Source of the DNA: Octopus sinensis
Taxonomy: Eukaryota
NCBI RefSeq assembly: GCF_006345805.1
Contig: NC_042999.1
Location: 39,866,001-39,930,000 of the forward strand
Length of the DNA: 64,000 nt
Direction of reading: 5' to 3'
Under the pieces are notes generated by a model. The model had not been told where the DNA came from. It saw nothing but the letters and a program-made list of their open reading frames with translations, and ran no database searches. The position numbers and the translations under genes are program-made. Positions 51,871 to 64,000 of this stretch are shown in pieces (positions within the stretch are counted from its first letter, which is position 1; each line of letters opens with the position of its first letter).

Positions 51871-54800
51871 TAAACGATTATATATATATGTATATACATT
51901 CATGGTAAGGATCCAGCGATTAAGATGTATGTAAACGCGAAGTACATCATGACTCAATGTTTGTCTAAGATAATATTGCTTGAATATAATGCATTGGGTC
52001 GCCATTTGCCAGATATTCATAGGCAGAGCAATGGGATAATATTTATGTATCTCTGCATGGAATGAAATACCACTTGCATCATACAATGCCTCCTTGCTGT
52101 GATTTTCATCCTGCAATGTGTTATGTACAATGGACTGTACTCTGAACCAATCAATATGTCTTTTACTTGAGTTTCTTCTTGTCACATAAGTTGCCCGTAC
52201 CCCAGTTTTACAGTACCAATGCAGCGGTTAATACACATCGGTGCACTTTTATTACAGTTCTATGCACCACGTCGTGTTTGACAGCAATATTTAAGAACAC
52301 CAAATCTGAACACACGCGTTACCAACTACATAGTAATTCAATTCGATCTACAGATTCTGCCAGTGAAAATAGACGTGTTACTCTTACTATTGGCACTCAC
52401 CACACCGATGTCTCTCTCTACTATAAAAGTACACTTTCTTGTGAAGTTTATTCATTTAGAGTTGGTTATACCGGCAAATCGAAAACGGAACGCATAACAA
52501 TCTTGAAAGAAAAATCCTGGTGTCAATTTGACAAGTAACCGCTGGTAAGATTATTTCAAACGCTTCACTGAGTAAAATAGTTTAGCGTCATTTCTTTCTC
52601 TTAAATTCTTATCTTTGTACCTGTCTTTCTTTCTCTTTTACCCCTCTCTTACTCACCCATTCTCTCTCTCTCTCCCTCTCTCTGTCTCCGTCACTTTTTC
52701 CTTTCATAGTCCCCTCGCAACGCTTTTCTTCCTCTCTGAAACAATTGTGTGACTCATTTTCGTGAGTCATACGTAGCAACTAGCTTTATGCTTCGTTTTT
52801 CAGAGCCTCCTTTGACAACAAATTCAATACTTTGTATTTAAGAATCTCCATCTTTCAAAGACAACGAATTTGAATCTAGTTGATCAAACACGTTGCCTAC
52901 AGCCCTTGTAATTCGATTAATTTTGTTTGAAATTTTCACCTTGTTGCAACCACTAATTTCCCGCTAGCAAAGTTGTTGATGAATGAATGAATCAATTAGG
53001 TGAGGTGACTAACGTGACCACATTTCACAGGTGGTCGCGTTAGTCATACGTGTTAAATGTATAAGCCAGAAAACAGCGAAGTATATATTTTTGTTTATAT
53101 ATGTTTTGTTTTACTTCAGCAAATAAGTTGAAATTATCTCAGATTTCTCATATAGCATCGACTGTATTGTGGCTTTCGTCAGATAGTAGGAAATACGTTT
53201 GGCTACATAATGATACAGTCGCCTATAGCTATTTTCCCCAGATGCACAACGAAGGTCTGTGCAGTGTATAATTGAATTATGGGTTTAAATAATTCGCCTA
53301 ATTCTTGAAACTTATACATGTCCAAAAATAATGATGAGATGTAAGGAGCGAATGGATATCCAATGCAGCACACAATATTCATCCATGAATACCCTAAGGA
53401 GGTGGTAATTCATAGTAAATGAGTGCTTAACGAAATTTTATTCACATGTCTACGTGTTAGAAAATATGGTTATTGCTGGGATAGACGCTGATATTTGAGT
53501 AAAATAAATGAGGATGCAAATTATTTCTGTTCTAAACCTATGTGGTTTGAACAAGTGTGGAAGGAAAATGTGCAAGAAATGTGAGATGGCCACCCCCATC
53601 ACATGCAATAATAATCAATAGTCAATTTCTCTGTATATCTGTTCCCTGTTACATTTCCTCCTTCAAACAAAAGGAATGGTATTAGCTATCTATATACGCA
53701 GATGATACTGATATGATATTCAATAATTGCGGCAAGGTATTGATTAATAATGAAATTATTAAGTTTGGATAGAGAGAAAGTTTAGTGCTCTCAAAGCGAT
53801 GATGTTGAAATTCCATGCTTACTAAAAATAATTGTAATTTTAATTGATATTATAACATCGATAACATCATTATTAGTAACTTTCAACAAAACAAAGACGA
53901 CCAACTATTATAACTTATATTTTAGTTGCATAGAATAAAAAAAAAAAAGATATTTCAATGGATCTCAACACAACACATTTTATATGCCATAATATTTCTC
54001 AAGTCATACAGTACATACTTTAAGCGATAGCCAACTTCATATGACATACTCAGCACAAACAATTTTTCGATAGTAAAATCCATAGCTCATAAGACACGTA
54101 ACAATCACACTTTTCAAGTCCCAGATATGGGTTTTATTTGTTTTGTGCGGAACCCTAAAGGATGGTTCATGGTTATAAATATTCGATTGAACTCAGATTC
54201 GTATTGATCTTTCCTAATCGGCCATTTGACTTGACGCTGTTTAGGTGAATTTATCTTTGTACCCAAATTATTTGATATTACATGCTTGATCTATTGGGCG
54301 TGACTTTGTCAAGATTTCTCTCAACATTATTGCAATATCTAATAATCCATTTTGTCACTCTACTTCCTATTAAGCTGTTCCATTTATGAACACAAATGTA
54401 GCTGATATTCACAGAACCTCTATAAATGATTGCCTATTTGTATTTCCTTCCGCCTGAATATGCATTTATGGTGTGTCTTTCTACAGTAGACATAAGCCTA
54501 AAGACAAAAAAGTTGACGTGAAACATAATTTTCTAGATCCATTTTTAAATAGTGTTGATACAATGATATCTTTAAATTGTAATCTGCTCCGACAATTTTT
54601 TTATACCTTCCTATCTTTTTGATCATTTCAATGGAAGAGTAGTTTAAATATTTTCGTTCCAATAGTAACTCTGAGGTTTTAAAAGCAATCGCGTGGAGCA
54701 AAAGGTCTTTATTGATACACTCAAGACGACCATTGGGTGTATCAATAAATGAACTTGCTTGTGCTTGCCTAAACATAGGGCCACAGAAACATCTAGGGGG

Positions 54801-55083
54801 ACAACCACACTTGTATCAGTAGCTATTGTAACCTGTAGGCAATTGTTCTCAAATACGCCCTAAAGGACACTCCTAAGCAATCATTTCAATGAAGATCTTG
54901 TTTTTAGAATATGCTTATATTAGGTCATATGACATATTAGCTCGCATATTCATCAATCTACTAGGAGTACATTGTGACTGTAGTTAATCCGCCGATTCAT
55001 TATCAAATCATAGGTAGTTTCGCCCATACACGGATGTTTGGTGAACTGTACCGTTTTAGAGGAGAGGTCTTGAGATTTAAATA

Positions 55084-55119
55084 GCCAGGAGTGGCTGTGT
55101 GTTAAGTAGCTTCTTACCA
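55084..55119 (+). mobile_element. 5' end of a SINE split by the following insertion
   Basis: CAGGAGTGGCTGTGTGTTAAGTAGCTTCTTACCA continues as AAGTAGCTTGCTAACCAACCACATGG at 57198. Confidence 0.7.
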
Positions 55120-57197
55120 GACAGACGTGCTGTTTTTTGCTCCGGCAAATGTCACGTGTTAACGTGAATTATTGAACATTTACGGAAACAGGTAGGACAT
55201 TTTGGATATTTTTGGAAGCATAGTGAGGTTTATTGCTTGCCGTTAATACTTTTTTGGCATTAATGTTAATTAGTGTTAACACTTTTCTGCGCGTAATAGG
55301 CTTCACTTGCTTCGGATGTATTTGTTCTGCCTGTTGGCGTATTTATTGTCTCACCTTTTTGTGAGAATTGTGTATTTTGAAGAGGCATAGCCCCTCCTCA
55401 AAAATTAATTTGTTCGCTTGGATTTACCACGGAGAACCAATTGTGCTTGGATTTACAACGGAGAACCAATTGTGCTGGGATTTACCACGGAGAACCAAGT
55501 GTGCTGCAACTAGGAGTACCCTGTTTCATGAGGATTACCAGTTGCAGAACTGTGTTGCCATTATTTGAACTGTCTTCCTTCGTCCTTTTCTCTGTTCTGT
55601 CTTTCTGTTCTGTCATTGTGTTTTTTTCTTATTGGACTTTGAACTTTTAGTTGAACTTTTTTTCAAAATCATGGCAACAAAAGAAACCACTGCTTTGGAA
55701 TGGGAGGTTGTCCCACCCAAGCAGTGGATTGAAAGTCTTGAGAAGAGGACGGTGGTCCTACGAACCTATTCTAGGTCGCGTGGAGCTATCGCCCTCTTCG
55801 ACAGGAGCACCATAGAGAAAAAGTTGGGGGACCACCTACCAACGATAAAGTTTATTTCTCGGGGGAGTAAATTTGCAACGGTGTGGTTGCTGTTTGGTAC
55901 CCCCGAGGAAGCTAGGAGATCTGCTAGCGAGCCACTGGAGGGAGAGGAAATTTTGTTCCTCCCCTCGTATTGTGGCAGAAAAGTAAAAAGAGCCTGGGTT
56001 TGTGGGCTGCCCCCGGGCACGGAGGCGGAATGGATCGAGAAGACCATCCGGCGAGGCCTGGGGGATAGCGGACCCAGGCTACTGAGTGTGAAAATGGCTC
56101 CCGCGGTCGCCTGGGAGGGGTCAAAGGCAACTTTGACCCTGTGGACACCGGTGGCCGTGCGAGAAATGAAATTCCCGGACTTCCTGAGAATGGCTGGGCA
56201 CAGTTACCCGGTGATACTCGAGGGACGCCCCCCCCAAGTGTCACATGTGCCTGAAGCCCGGACATATCAAGAGGAATTGTCCCGGGGGCCGTGGTGGTGC
56301 CCCGGAGCATGAAGGGGAAAAGGCGCCCGCCGCCCCCTCATTGGATGGGGAGGCGGTGGAAGTCGTGGAGGAGATTGCCTCCACGAAAAGAAAGAGACAG
56401 GCGAGCAACAATGGCTGCTCGCCGAAGAACGCTCAGGTGGCGGAGGGGGATAGCGATCCCCGTGTCTGGTGACGGAGTCCCCTGGGTCAGCAGTCTCCCC
56501 CAAAAGAAGGAGGAGAAAAAGAAAGAAAGGTCGGGCGGCTGATATCCATGAGCCGCAGACGTTGGCGGGAACTGTGCCGCCAACGAAAGAACTGAACGTA
56601 CTGGTCCTCTTCTATAGAGGAGGAGAAATTGAAAAAAAAATGATGGAAGAGTACCACAAGGGAGTTCCTTTAGCCTTCACGCAGGACCCCGAATGGCCTC
56701 CGCAGATAACTGTGGAGGCCGTGGCGTTCGACGTGACGCTTGGGCTAAAGGAGCTCGATGAAGATTATAGCTTGGTCCCGGGCGACGCGAACTCGGAACT
56801 TGATTACGTTCTGAGGGAGGCGTGTATGATGGTGGAGGGCGCGGGCACAAACTATTTCGAGGACGATATGTAATTATTGAACTGTTAGCATTAATAATGG
56901 ACTGCTAAGTCCAAAACTTGGAAAATTGAAAGAGGTTTAATACCTCGTTTTGCATTTTTATTAATAATGGACTGCTAAGTCCAAAAATTGGAAAAATTGT
57001 AAGAGGTTTAATACCTCGTTTTGTGTTTATCTTTAAAAAGAACAATGTTTTAGAGAAGCGAAAGTCGGCGGGCGCTTTTTGTCTTCTCCCATCCTTATCA
57101 TCTGTCTTTCATTATCATTCACTTCATTAATGTCCTCGTCCAGCCCGCAAAGCAAACTTAATCTGTGTACTGCCTTTATGGCAAATATTTTGAAATA
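55120..57197 (+). mobile_element. ORF1-only LINE-like element (about 2.08 kb) with TSD-like duplication
   Basis: About 550-nt 5' UTR with three 29-bp tandem repeats (55420-55506); ORF1 55671-56873; 3' UTR with two 70-bp repeats (56890-57023); short A-rich end. Confidence 0.75.
55671..56873 (+). pseudogene. About 400-aa gag-like ORF1 (RRM-like region, CX2CX4HX4C knuckle, basic stretch) with +1 and -1 frameshifts
   Basis: MATKET...LPSYCGR...ILEGRPP | KCHMCLKPGHIKRNCP...SDPRV | VTESPGSAVSPKRRRRKRKK...FEDDM; +1 shift in the C8 run at 56228-35, -1 shift near 56467. Confidence 0.75.
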
Positions 57198-57583
57198 AAG
57201 TAGCTTGCTAACCAACCACATGGTTCCGGGTTCAGTCCCACTGCGTGGCATCTTGGGCAAGTGTCTTCTGCTATAGCCCCGGGCCGACCAATGCCTTGTG
57301 AGTGGATTTGGTAGACGGAAACTGAAAGAAGCCTGTCGTATATATGTATATATATATGTGTGTGTATGTGTTTGTGTGTCTGTGTTTGTCCCCCTAGCAT
57401 TGCTTGACAACCGATGCTGGTGTGTTTACGTCCCCGTCACTTAGCGGTTCGGCAAAAGAGACCGATAGAATAAGTACTGGGCTTACAAAGAATAAGTCCC
57501 GGGGTCGATTTGCTCGACTAAAAGCGGTGCTCCAGCATGGCCACAGTCAATTTACTGAAACAAGTAAAAGAGAAAAAGAGAGT
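57198..57583 (+). mobile_element. Remainder of a young tRNA-derived SINE (fourth family)
   Basis: GGTTCAGTCCC B-box-like, CTTGGGCAAGTGTCTT CORE-like block, internal (TA)(TG)n, end GAAACAAGTAAAAGAG. Confidence 0.85.
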
Positions 57584-59154
57584 ATGGGTCACGAGATCGA
57601 GAAGACATCGAAAATATTGAATTGGAAGAACTTGGCGTTACACTTGTTAATACTTATTTTGATATTTTTATACAGTTTCAGGTTTCTTAATTTTACTGTT
57701 TATATATTTCAGTATTTTTGAGTACTAACCTGATTGTTGTTGACGACTACCTATGCAACGTGCATGTAAATACATTACCTGAGAGTAGAAGAATATCACC
57801 TATATTTGTGACTTGAAAGTTAGGTTTTTGTTATCAAACTCTTCCTGTATATAATATCAATAAGACTCAAGTATATTGCGTGGCACTGAGCCAACAGACA
57901 AAAGCCAACTATATGTATGTATGTTTGTATGTATGTATGTATGTGTGTGTGCGTGTTCTCTCTCTCTCTCTGTATATATATATATAATATATGTGCATAC
58001 ACAAATACACACATATACATTCATGCATATATATTTGTACTTCATAAATAAGTGTATACGCACAAACAGACACATATGTATTTATATATGCATATACATA
58101 TACTTGTGATTGCGTGCGCTCCCACGCTGACGTGTTGTTTTACAACTATTTATAAAACTGATTCTAATATTTGCCATCATTGTTATTGGCTAAATTTATT
58201 GCTCTCGTGTTTCCGACAGTTTCCTGGGTGCTTCTCACTCCATGGCAGCGAGGAGTAGGCCATCGCTCGGTTTATGCTGTATTACAGCATTGTTCTAATT
58301 ATATATTTATCTATGGTTCTCAAATGTAAGACTTTGTTTAACACATCCTCTTAGCATTGTTTTGCAATTTCTATTGATTTGTGTATTAGTTTAATTCCTT
58401 TATTTGTGTGTTGCTTTGCTTTATTAGACATTGATGAATTTCCGAAAGTATTGTGTGAATTGTGATAGGCATTATTATTTATTGTCGTTAGACGGTGATC
58501 TGACAGAATAGTTAGCGCATTAAGACCATTTTACAGGCATGTGTATGCGGCCTGACTTTCTTAGTAAAAATGACACCGAGGTTGACTTTACCTCTTATTA
58601 TTTCGGGGTAGATTAACTAAGTACAAAACAAGCATTGGAGCTGTAGGAATAGACTAGCGCTTCTTCCGGAAAAATGATATTAGACCCTGTTCCTGTTGTA
58701 GGAAGGACCATTACTTGGGATTATCTCGGTACTTACTGTGATATTTATCACGTGAGATAAACTACTTTTTAGATGTCAATTCTGAGGAATTGCTACATTT
58801 TTTTAAGCAGAATATGTAATCGCGTGATGTAATATTGAATCTACAGTTTTGATAAGCATGGTTAAAGGTTTATCATATGTGGAATTATATTTCCAGGAAT
58901 AAATGTCTTCTACAATAGGGTCGTGTGAACAGGCGTATGGTTTACTGTATCTTCGACTCTGTCACGTAAAATTCTGAGACGCTATCAAACTCGAGATATC
59001 GATATCGTTCCAGTTCTTAGAAATAACGGCCTTAAACGTATTTTTAAAAAATTAATAATATAGAAAGCTTTAGATATATTAAAACTTCTTATATTTGCAA
59101 CCCAGGGAGAAGTCTCTGCATATAGTAACTCACATTGTGTATGTGTCAATATTC

Positions 59155-59369
59155 TTAGAAAGAGCAATAATTTATTTTACTGCTAATGTTATATTTATCG
59201 GTGCCGGTCTGGTTCTGTAGTTTGAAGTTTGCATTCCAAACACAAACGTGCGTGGCAGCATGACCACGTATCTTCGCATATTGACGCGAGCCAACCAAAG
59301 CCTGACACTGGTAGCAGGAAACTGTAAGAAGTGTGTGTGTGTATTTATATAACATATATATATACAAAT

Positions 59370-59435
<66 letters not shown>

Positions 59436-59453
59436 ATAATGATAATAATAATA

Positions 59454-59494
<41 letters not shown>

Positions 59495-59600
59495 TAATAA
59501 TAATAATAATAAGAAGAAGAAGAAAGAAGAAGAAGAAGAAGAAAGAAGAAGAAGAAGAGAAGAAGAAGAAGAAGAAGAAGAAGAGAAGAAGAAGAAGAAT
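59155..59600. repeat. Region containing (TA)n, (AAT)n and (GAA)n compound microsatellite (about 59340-59600)
   Basis: Direct reading. Confidence 0.9.
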
Positions 59601-59879
59601 GTAGAAGTGCCATGATAGTATTATTTTAAATGGTCAAGTTCCCTGAACGTGACCCGTGGTGGATGGGAGCAGTAACTGAATTCTTGAGATATCTCTTTTG
59701 AATGTTTTGTTCTTAAAATTTGCGTAGGTGTTATTCTAAACAGCAATAGTGGTAAAGTTAGGAAGGAGGTGGCGGAGAGGAAGAAGAGAAAGATGAAAGA
59801 GAAAGGAGAATAAAAAAGTAATGTAGGTAGTATGATAGTAGTAAGGTGTTAAATGTTCAACTGACCTAAAATTGGTTCG

Positions 59880-61910
59880 TTATGGATTATAGTAGTGATT
59901 AGGACTGTTTTTTAATGAATTCGTGGGGCTCTTTTGCGTGTATCATTTTTAATATTTGCGTGTGTGTTTGTTTTATTCTATGGCCGTGGTGGATATGTCA
60001 TTTGTTGTAGACGCGTTCAAAAGGGGTCTGTATTTTGTAACAAAGAGAGTCTCTTTACTAATTCGTTGGCTACAGGTTGTATCGTCCCTGAAGTGGTAGA
60101 GGGGAAAAATTCTGAAGCTTGAATTTTTGTTATTGGCACAAATGTCTATGTGTTGGCTGAATACAATTTTTCTGTTTTGGGGAATTTTGATCTGGGATCT
60201 GTGCAGAGCTGTTCTTTTACGTAGACTGTTTTTTGTTTGACCTACGTAATGCTCATGGCACCCAGAGCAGGTTAGTCCGTATATTACGTTCTCCGAAGCA
60301 CATGTGAAGCTTTTCACTGTGAAATGTTGTCCCTGTTTGAAGGAGAATTCTGATCGCTCAATTACATTGACGCATATCCCACAGTTGGGTTTTTTACTTT
60401 ACTGACGGCTTCTCTGTTGTTGTTGAGCGTATTCGGGCTTGTGTTAGGAGACTTTTCATAGAATTGGGTTACCACTTGCTTTTATGAGGGTATTGTGTTT
60501 GGAGGATTTAGTTCATTCTGTGATCCTTTTTTAGCAGGGGATGGTGTCGAAGCTTCATTGTTGAGAGGATTGTGTGAGGAGTTGTATGGTAGGGCTTTTA
60601 GTTGTAAATCCTTCTTTAATTTGGGATGTCTGAGCTACTGGATGTTGGGTTGAAGGGTACGTTGAAAGCATATGTCAATCAGTGATGGTGGGTAGTTCCT
60701 GGTGATGAGTGTATCACTTAGTTCATGTCATCGTGTGTCTCTGGTGTTTGCATTAGAATGTATAGTACATATCATTTTGCTATGTTAAAAGGGATATTCA
60801 TTCTGGTGTGTCAGAGGTGGCATGATTTGAACGGTAGATATTGCTTGGAGTCCGTAGGCTTATAGTATATATCTGTTTCTATTAGGTTCTTAAATTTCTT
60901 AATGATGATGTTGAGGAAGGGAAGTTGTTGCTGGCTATATTCCATCGTGAATTGAATATCTACCTCAAGTCCATTTATAAGGGCTTGGAATTCTTTAAGT
61001 TTCTCTATATTTTCATGTTAAAGAATGAAACAGTCATCCAGGTATCTCCTCCAGTTATTTTCTATGTAGAGGGAGAATGGGCTGCTGTATTTTTCTGGAA
61101 CCTTACGATAAAGACTAATTTCTAGATATCCCATGACTAGGCTAGCAAAGGATGGGACCATTCTCGTACCCGTCGTAGTCCCCAATGTTTGGTGGTAGAA
61201 GTTGGTTTGAAGACGAAGTAGTTATTTTCCTGGATGTATTTTAGCCCTTCTAACAAGAATTCTTTTTTGATGGGATGTAGGAGTTCGTTGGTGTAATTCT
61301 CCAGCCAGAATTGAATTGACTCTATTCCTAGGTTGTGAGTTATATTGGAATTGAGGTTGACTACATCGAAGGATACTAGTAGGGAGTTTTTGTTTATTAT
61401 TTTAGGAAGGTGATTGAGCATATCCATGCTGTCCCTTATATAGCTTTTGACATGCTTCAGCAGCGGTTTTAAGAGGGTATCAAAAACGTTACTGAGGCGG
61501 TGGAATTCGCATCCGGGACCCGCTATTATAGGTCTCAATTTTAGGTCATTAGGAGTAGAGATTTTGATTATTATGTCTGTGGCTATCTTGCATGCGTTAC
61601 TTATTTTATCACTTTTGTGTTTCTTGGGAATACCGTAGATTTGACTGGTTTTACTTTTGAAATTGTTCATATAGTCATATTCTTAGTCGGAGAGCCCTTT
61701 TTTTGTATAGGTTTAACATGGATTTTAAGTCTCCCATTATTTTCTGCTGACTCTAGTGTTGGGACTTTTCATAATATGTTATATCTTCTAATATGGATAT
61801 TACTAGACTTATACAGCATACCGTGTCCATTAAGACAACTGCACTCCCTTTATCAGCCTCTTTGATTGTTATTGTTTTGTCATCTTGTAATTTGTTCAGC
61901 TCAGCCTATT
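59880..61910 (-). mobile_element. Neptune-type PLE ORF (RT and GIY-YIG), frameshifted; 3' UTR probably extends to about 59620
   Basis: TIKEADKGSAVVLMD, YGIPKKHK, LRPIIAGP, SYIRDS, LVSFDVVNL, RRYLDDCFI, and CASENVIYGLTCSGC..HYVGQT...RKRTALH...KETLF...LLN. Confidence 0.9.
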
Positions 61911-64000
61911 ATTCTTTGTTGCTGAAGTTTGGTTTCTTACTCATAGACCCTAGCCACAAGCACAATGTAGCTGATGTGACAGGACACTGTCCATTTGAAA
62001 GCAGAATATGTCCCTCGTTAAAGAACTTCCCTGAAGTGCGTACAAGAGTACTACCCCATTGGAGTACATATAAAATAAATTCCATATTACTTTATGAATA
62101 TGTTTGCCGTCAATACACAAGATGGAGAAAACGAAAACAAAATGTATGATTTGTAATGCATTATTTTAATGATCTCCATTCACCAGCCTTGTAGCAATAA
62201 AGAGTAATCGGCATTATTGTTATTAAAATTTTTCTGCTAATTATTATTAATTTTAAGTTTTTATGCTAACAATTTTGATAGTAAATTAGTTACTTCAGAA
62301 GTTAGAATGTCGCAGTGGGAATAGAAATATCGGTGCATTATCAGAAACCAAATTAAACCGATAGATTTTGGTAGAGATTTTTGTGTTGTGCTTAAATAAA
62401 TAAACGAAATAAAACAAATACAGAAAACATATTATTCGAGCTTCTATTGCTAGTCTGTCCGCTGAAAGATGGACTGTTTTATAAAATTCCGAAATGGTCA
62501 AGTAGATCGAAGTTATCAAGATATTAATAGCGATAATCGATATCTTTTGATTTTTTCTTGAATTGCGCTAATTTATCGAGACAGTCACACGATTTGTCTG
62601 AATGATTCTAATTTTTATATTTATTCTTTTTATTTGTTATATATTAATGGTAATATTTTAGTTGTTTGGTTGTTGCTTTCTCTTCGTATTTTCATTTTTT
62701 CTGCATTAGGTCTGTGTATTTATTAATGGTTTCGTCATATTTAATGTCAGTATTGCCACTTGGAGCTATATTTGGAAGAGTTGTAGCTACAGGTAGTTAA
62801 GTTTGGCTTTATTATGAAGCTTTTGTTACTGTTGTTTGTTGTTGTCGTTGTTGTTGTTGATGATGGTGATGATGGTGATGATGGCGATAATGAGGATGGC
62901 GGCGGCGATGACGATGGTGAAGAAAATGATTAAGATGTACAGTTGTTAATATTTTTTTGAAAGTGATGCTGGAACAGTTAGTTACAGATATTTTTAGGTA
63001 TGAAATTAAAATTTTATATAAGAAGTTATTAATCGAATGATTACAAACTTTCGGTTGTCGCTCAAAGTGCTGTGCCATATTTCTTCTTGTTCTTTACGTC
63101 CTGTGTTCAATCCAGCGTGGTCATGAATCCTTTCGGTGCTGATAAAATAATGAAATAAGAATTTGAATAGATGGCACCAAAAAATTCCCTTCCCATATAA
63201 TATCCGGCATTGTGTCTAAATTAGAAACCAATGTCATTATTCTTTCACCCAACGAATTTATAAATAAATGTAGGTGACTGTTGCAAACTTGGTCAAGGAT
63301 AATGTAACTATACTTAGCATGTGCTCGTTGATGGGAGAACAATGTATGTGTACGGCTTGGCTTGTGCCATGAAAGAAATAATTTTCCAGAATCTGTGGTG
63401 TTTCTTGACTGGTCATACCTCGTAGCTTCCCTATTTCAAGAGAAGACATGTTTTATGTTTTCATGTACATTGTGTATTATGTATAATTGTATCTCATGTC
63501 TAGGAATCAAATCGCTTTCTTTTCATTATATATTTTATGTATCCTGCGTTCAATGCAAATCGTAGATTCTGGATCTAAGTTTGCAGTGCTGGTGGTTGTG
63601 GTGGCTCTGGGGACGTGCTAGTGAGGGTGTTTGTAATTAACCCTCAAGTGAGCCATCATCGAGTAGATACAGAATCACATGTTTTTCGTTCTGTAATAAT
63701 TTATATTTTTATTTAAGACAATAATATGTCAGTTGATATATATTTACTTTTAGCTGTTGTTTTCAGAAGATACAATTCTTGTGCAGACTTTATTATCGCG
63801 TAGAGCCTTTCTGGTTTTCCCGTTGCTATTGTTCTTGCATCTACTATTAATTGTCTCAGTGTGTTATGGTAGTCATGTCAATTATCATATTGATTATATT
63901 CACATGGACACCGAATGCAGACTGCGTTGGCGATAAGTAGGCATAAATGATATTAAAGATACTTGATAGCAGTGTTAATGCTTAAGGTGAATGACTTATT

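Noticed and set aside
51817-54776. ORFs 51817-52185 and 54498-54776 as host exons
   Set aside because: No recognisable domain or convincing splice-site pair; the lengths are expected by chance.
55147-55203. Hammerhead-like three-way fold in the 5' UTR of the ORF1-only element (AAATGTC/GACATTT; CGTGAAT/ATTTACG; GAAACAGGTA)
   Set aside because: The CUGANGA strand is absent (ACGTGTTAA), so it is likely chance.
55420-55506. CRISPR-like array
   Set aside because: Three contiguous 29-bp tandem repeats with no spacers, inside a LINE-like 5' UTR.
57033-57190. Minus-strand peptide AVHRLSLLCGLDEDINEVNDNERQMIRMGEDKKRP as a host exon
   Set aside because: It lies inside the TSD-bounded element's 3' UTR, has weak splice sites and no recognised homology.
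61965-62005. CTGATGT-GACAG-GACA-CTGTC-CATTT-GAAAG near the Neptune 5' end
   Set aside because: A9 is missing, there are 5 extra nt before GAAA, and no stem I or III.

Overview
AT-rich eukaryotic, repeat-dominated DNA, about 64 kb. The SINE families and the (AT)n/(AAT)n/(AGAT)n load look like a coleoid cephalopod (octopus); this is from recall and was not verified. I found no host protein-coding exon, tRNA gene, rRNA gene or CRISPR array. Content: (i) at least five Penelope-like retroelements (PLEs): two Naiad-type copies with intact GIY-YIG ORFs, two Neptune-type and one Penelope/Poseidon-type; (ii) three R4/Dong-type LINE fragments embedded in (TAA)n; (iii) two mariner remnants, a Gypsy pol remnant and a possible piggyBac remnant; (iv) many tRNA-derived SINEs; (v) two related elements carrying only an ORF1 (RRM-like region plus CCHC knuckle). 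Most interesting: about 7 type-I hammerhead ribozyme motifs with palindromic stem III, two with intact cores, one with a U3-A8 core and one inside a 358-nt retrozyme-like tandem unit; long inverted duplications at PLE junctions; and ORF1-only elements that share a 3' stem-loop with a SINE, one of them inserted into another SINE with a TSD-like duplication. All calls were made by eye, with no database searches or folding software.
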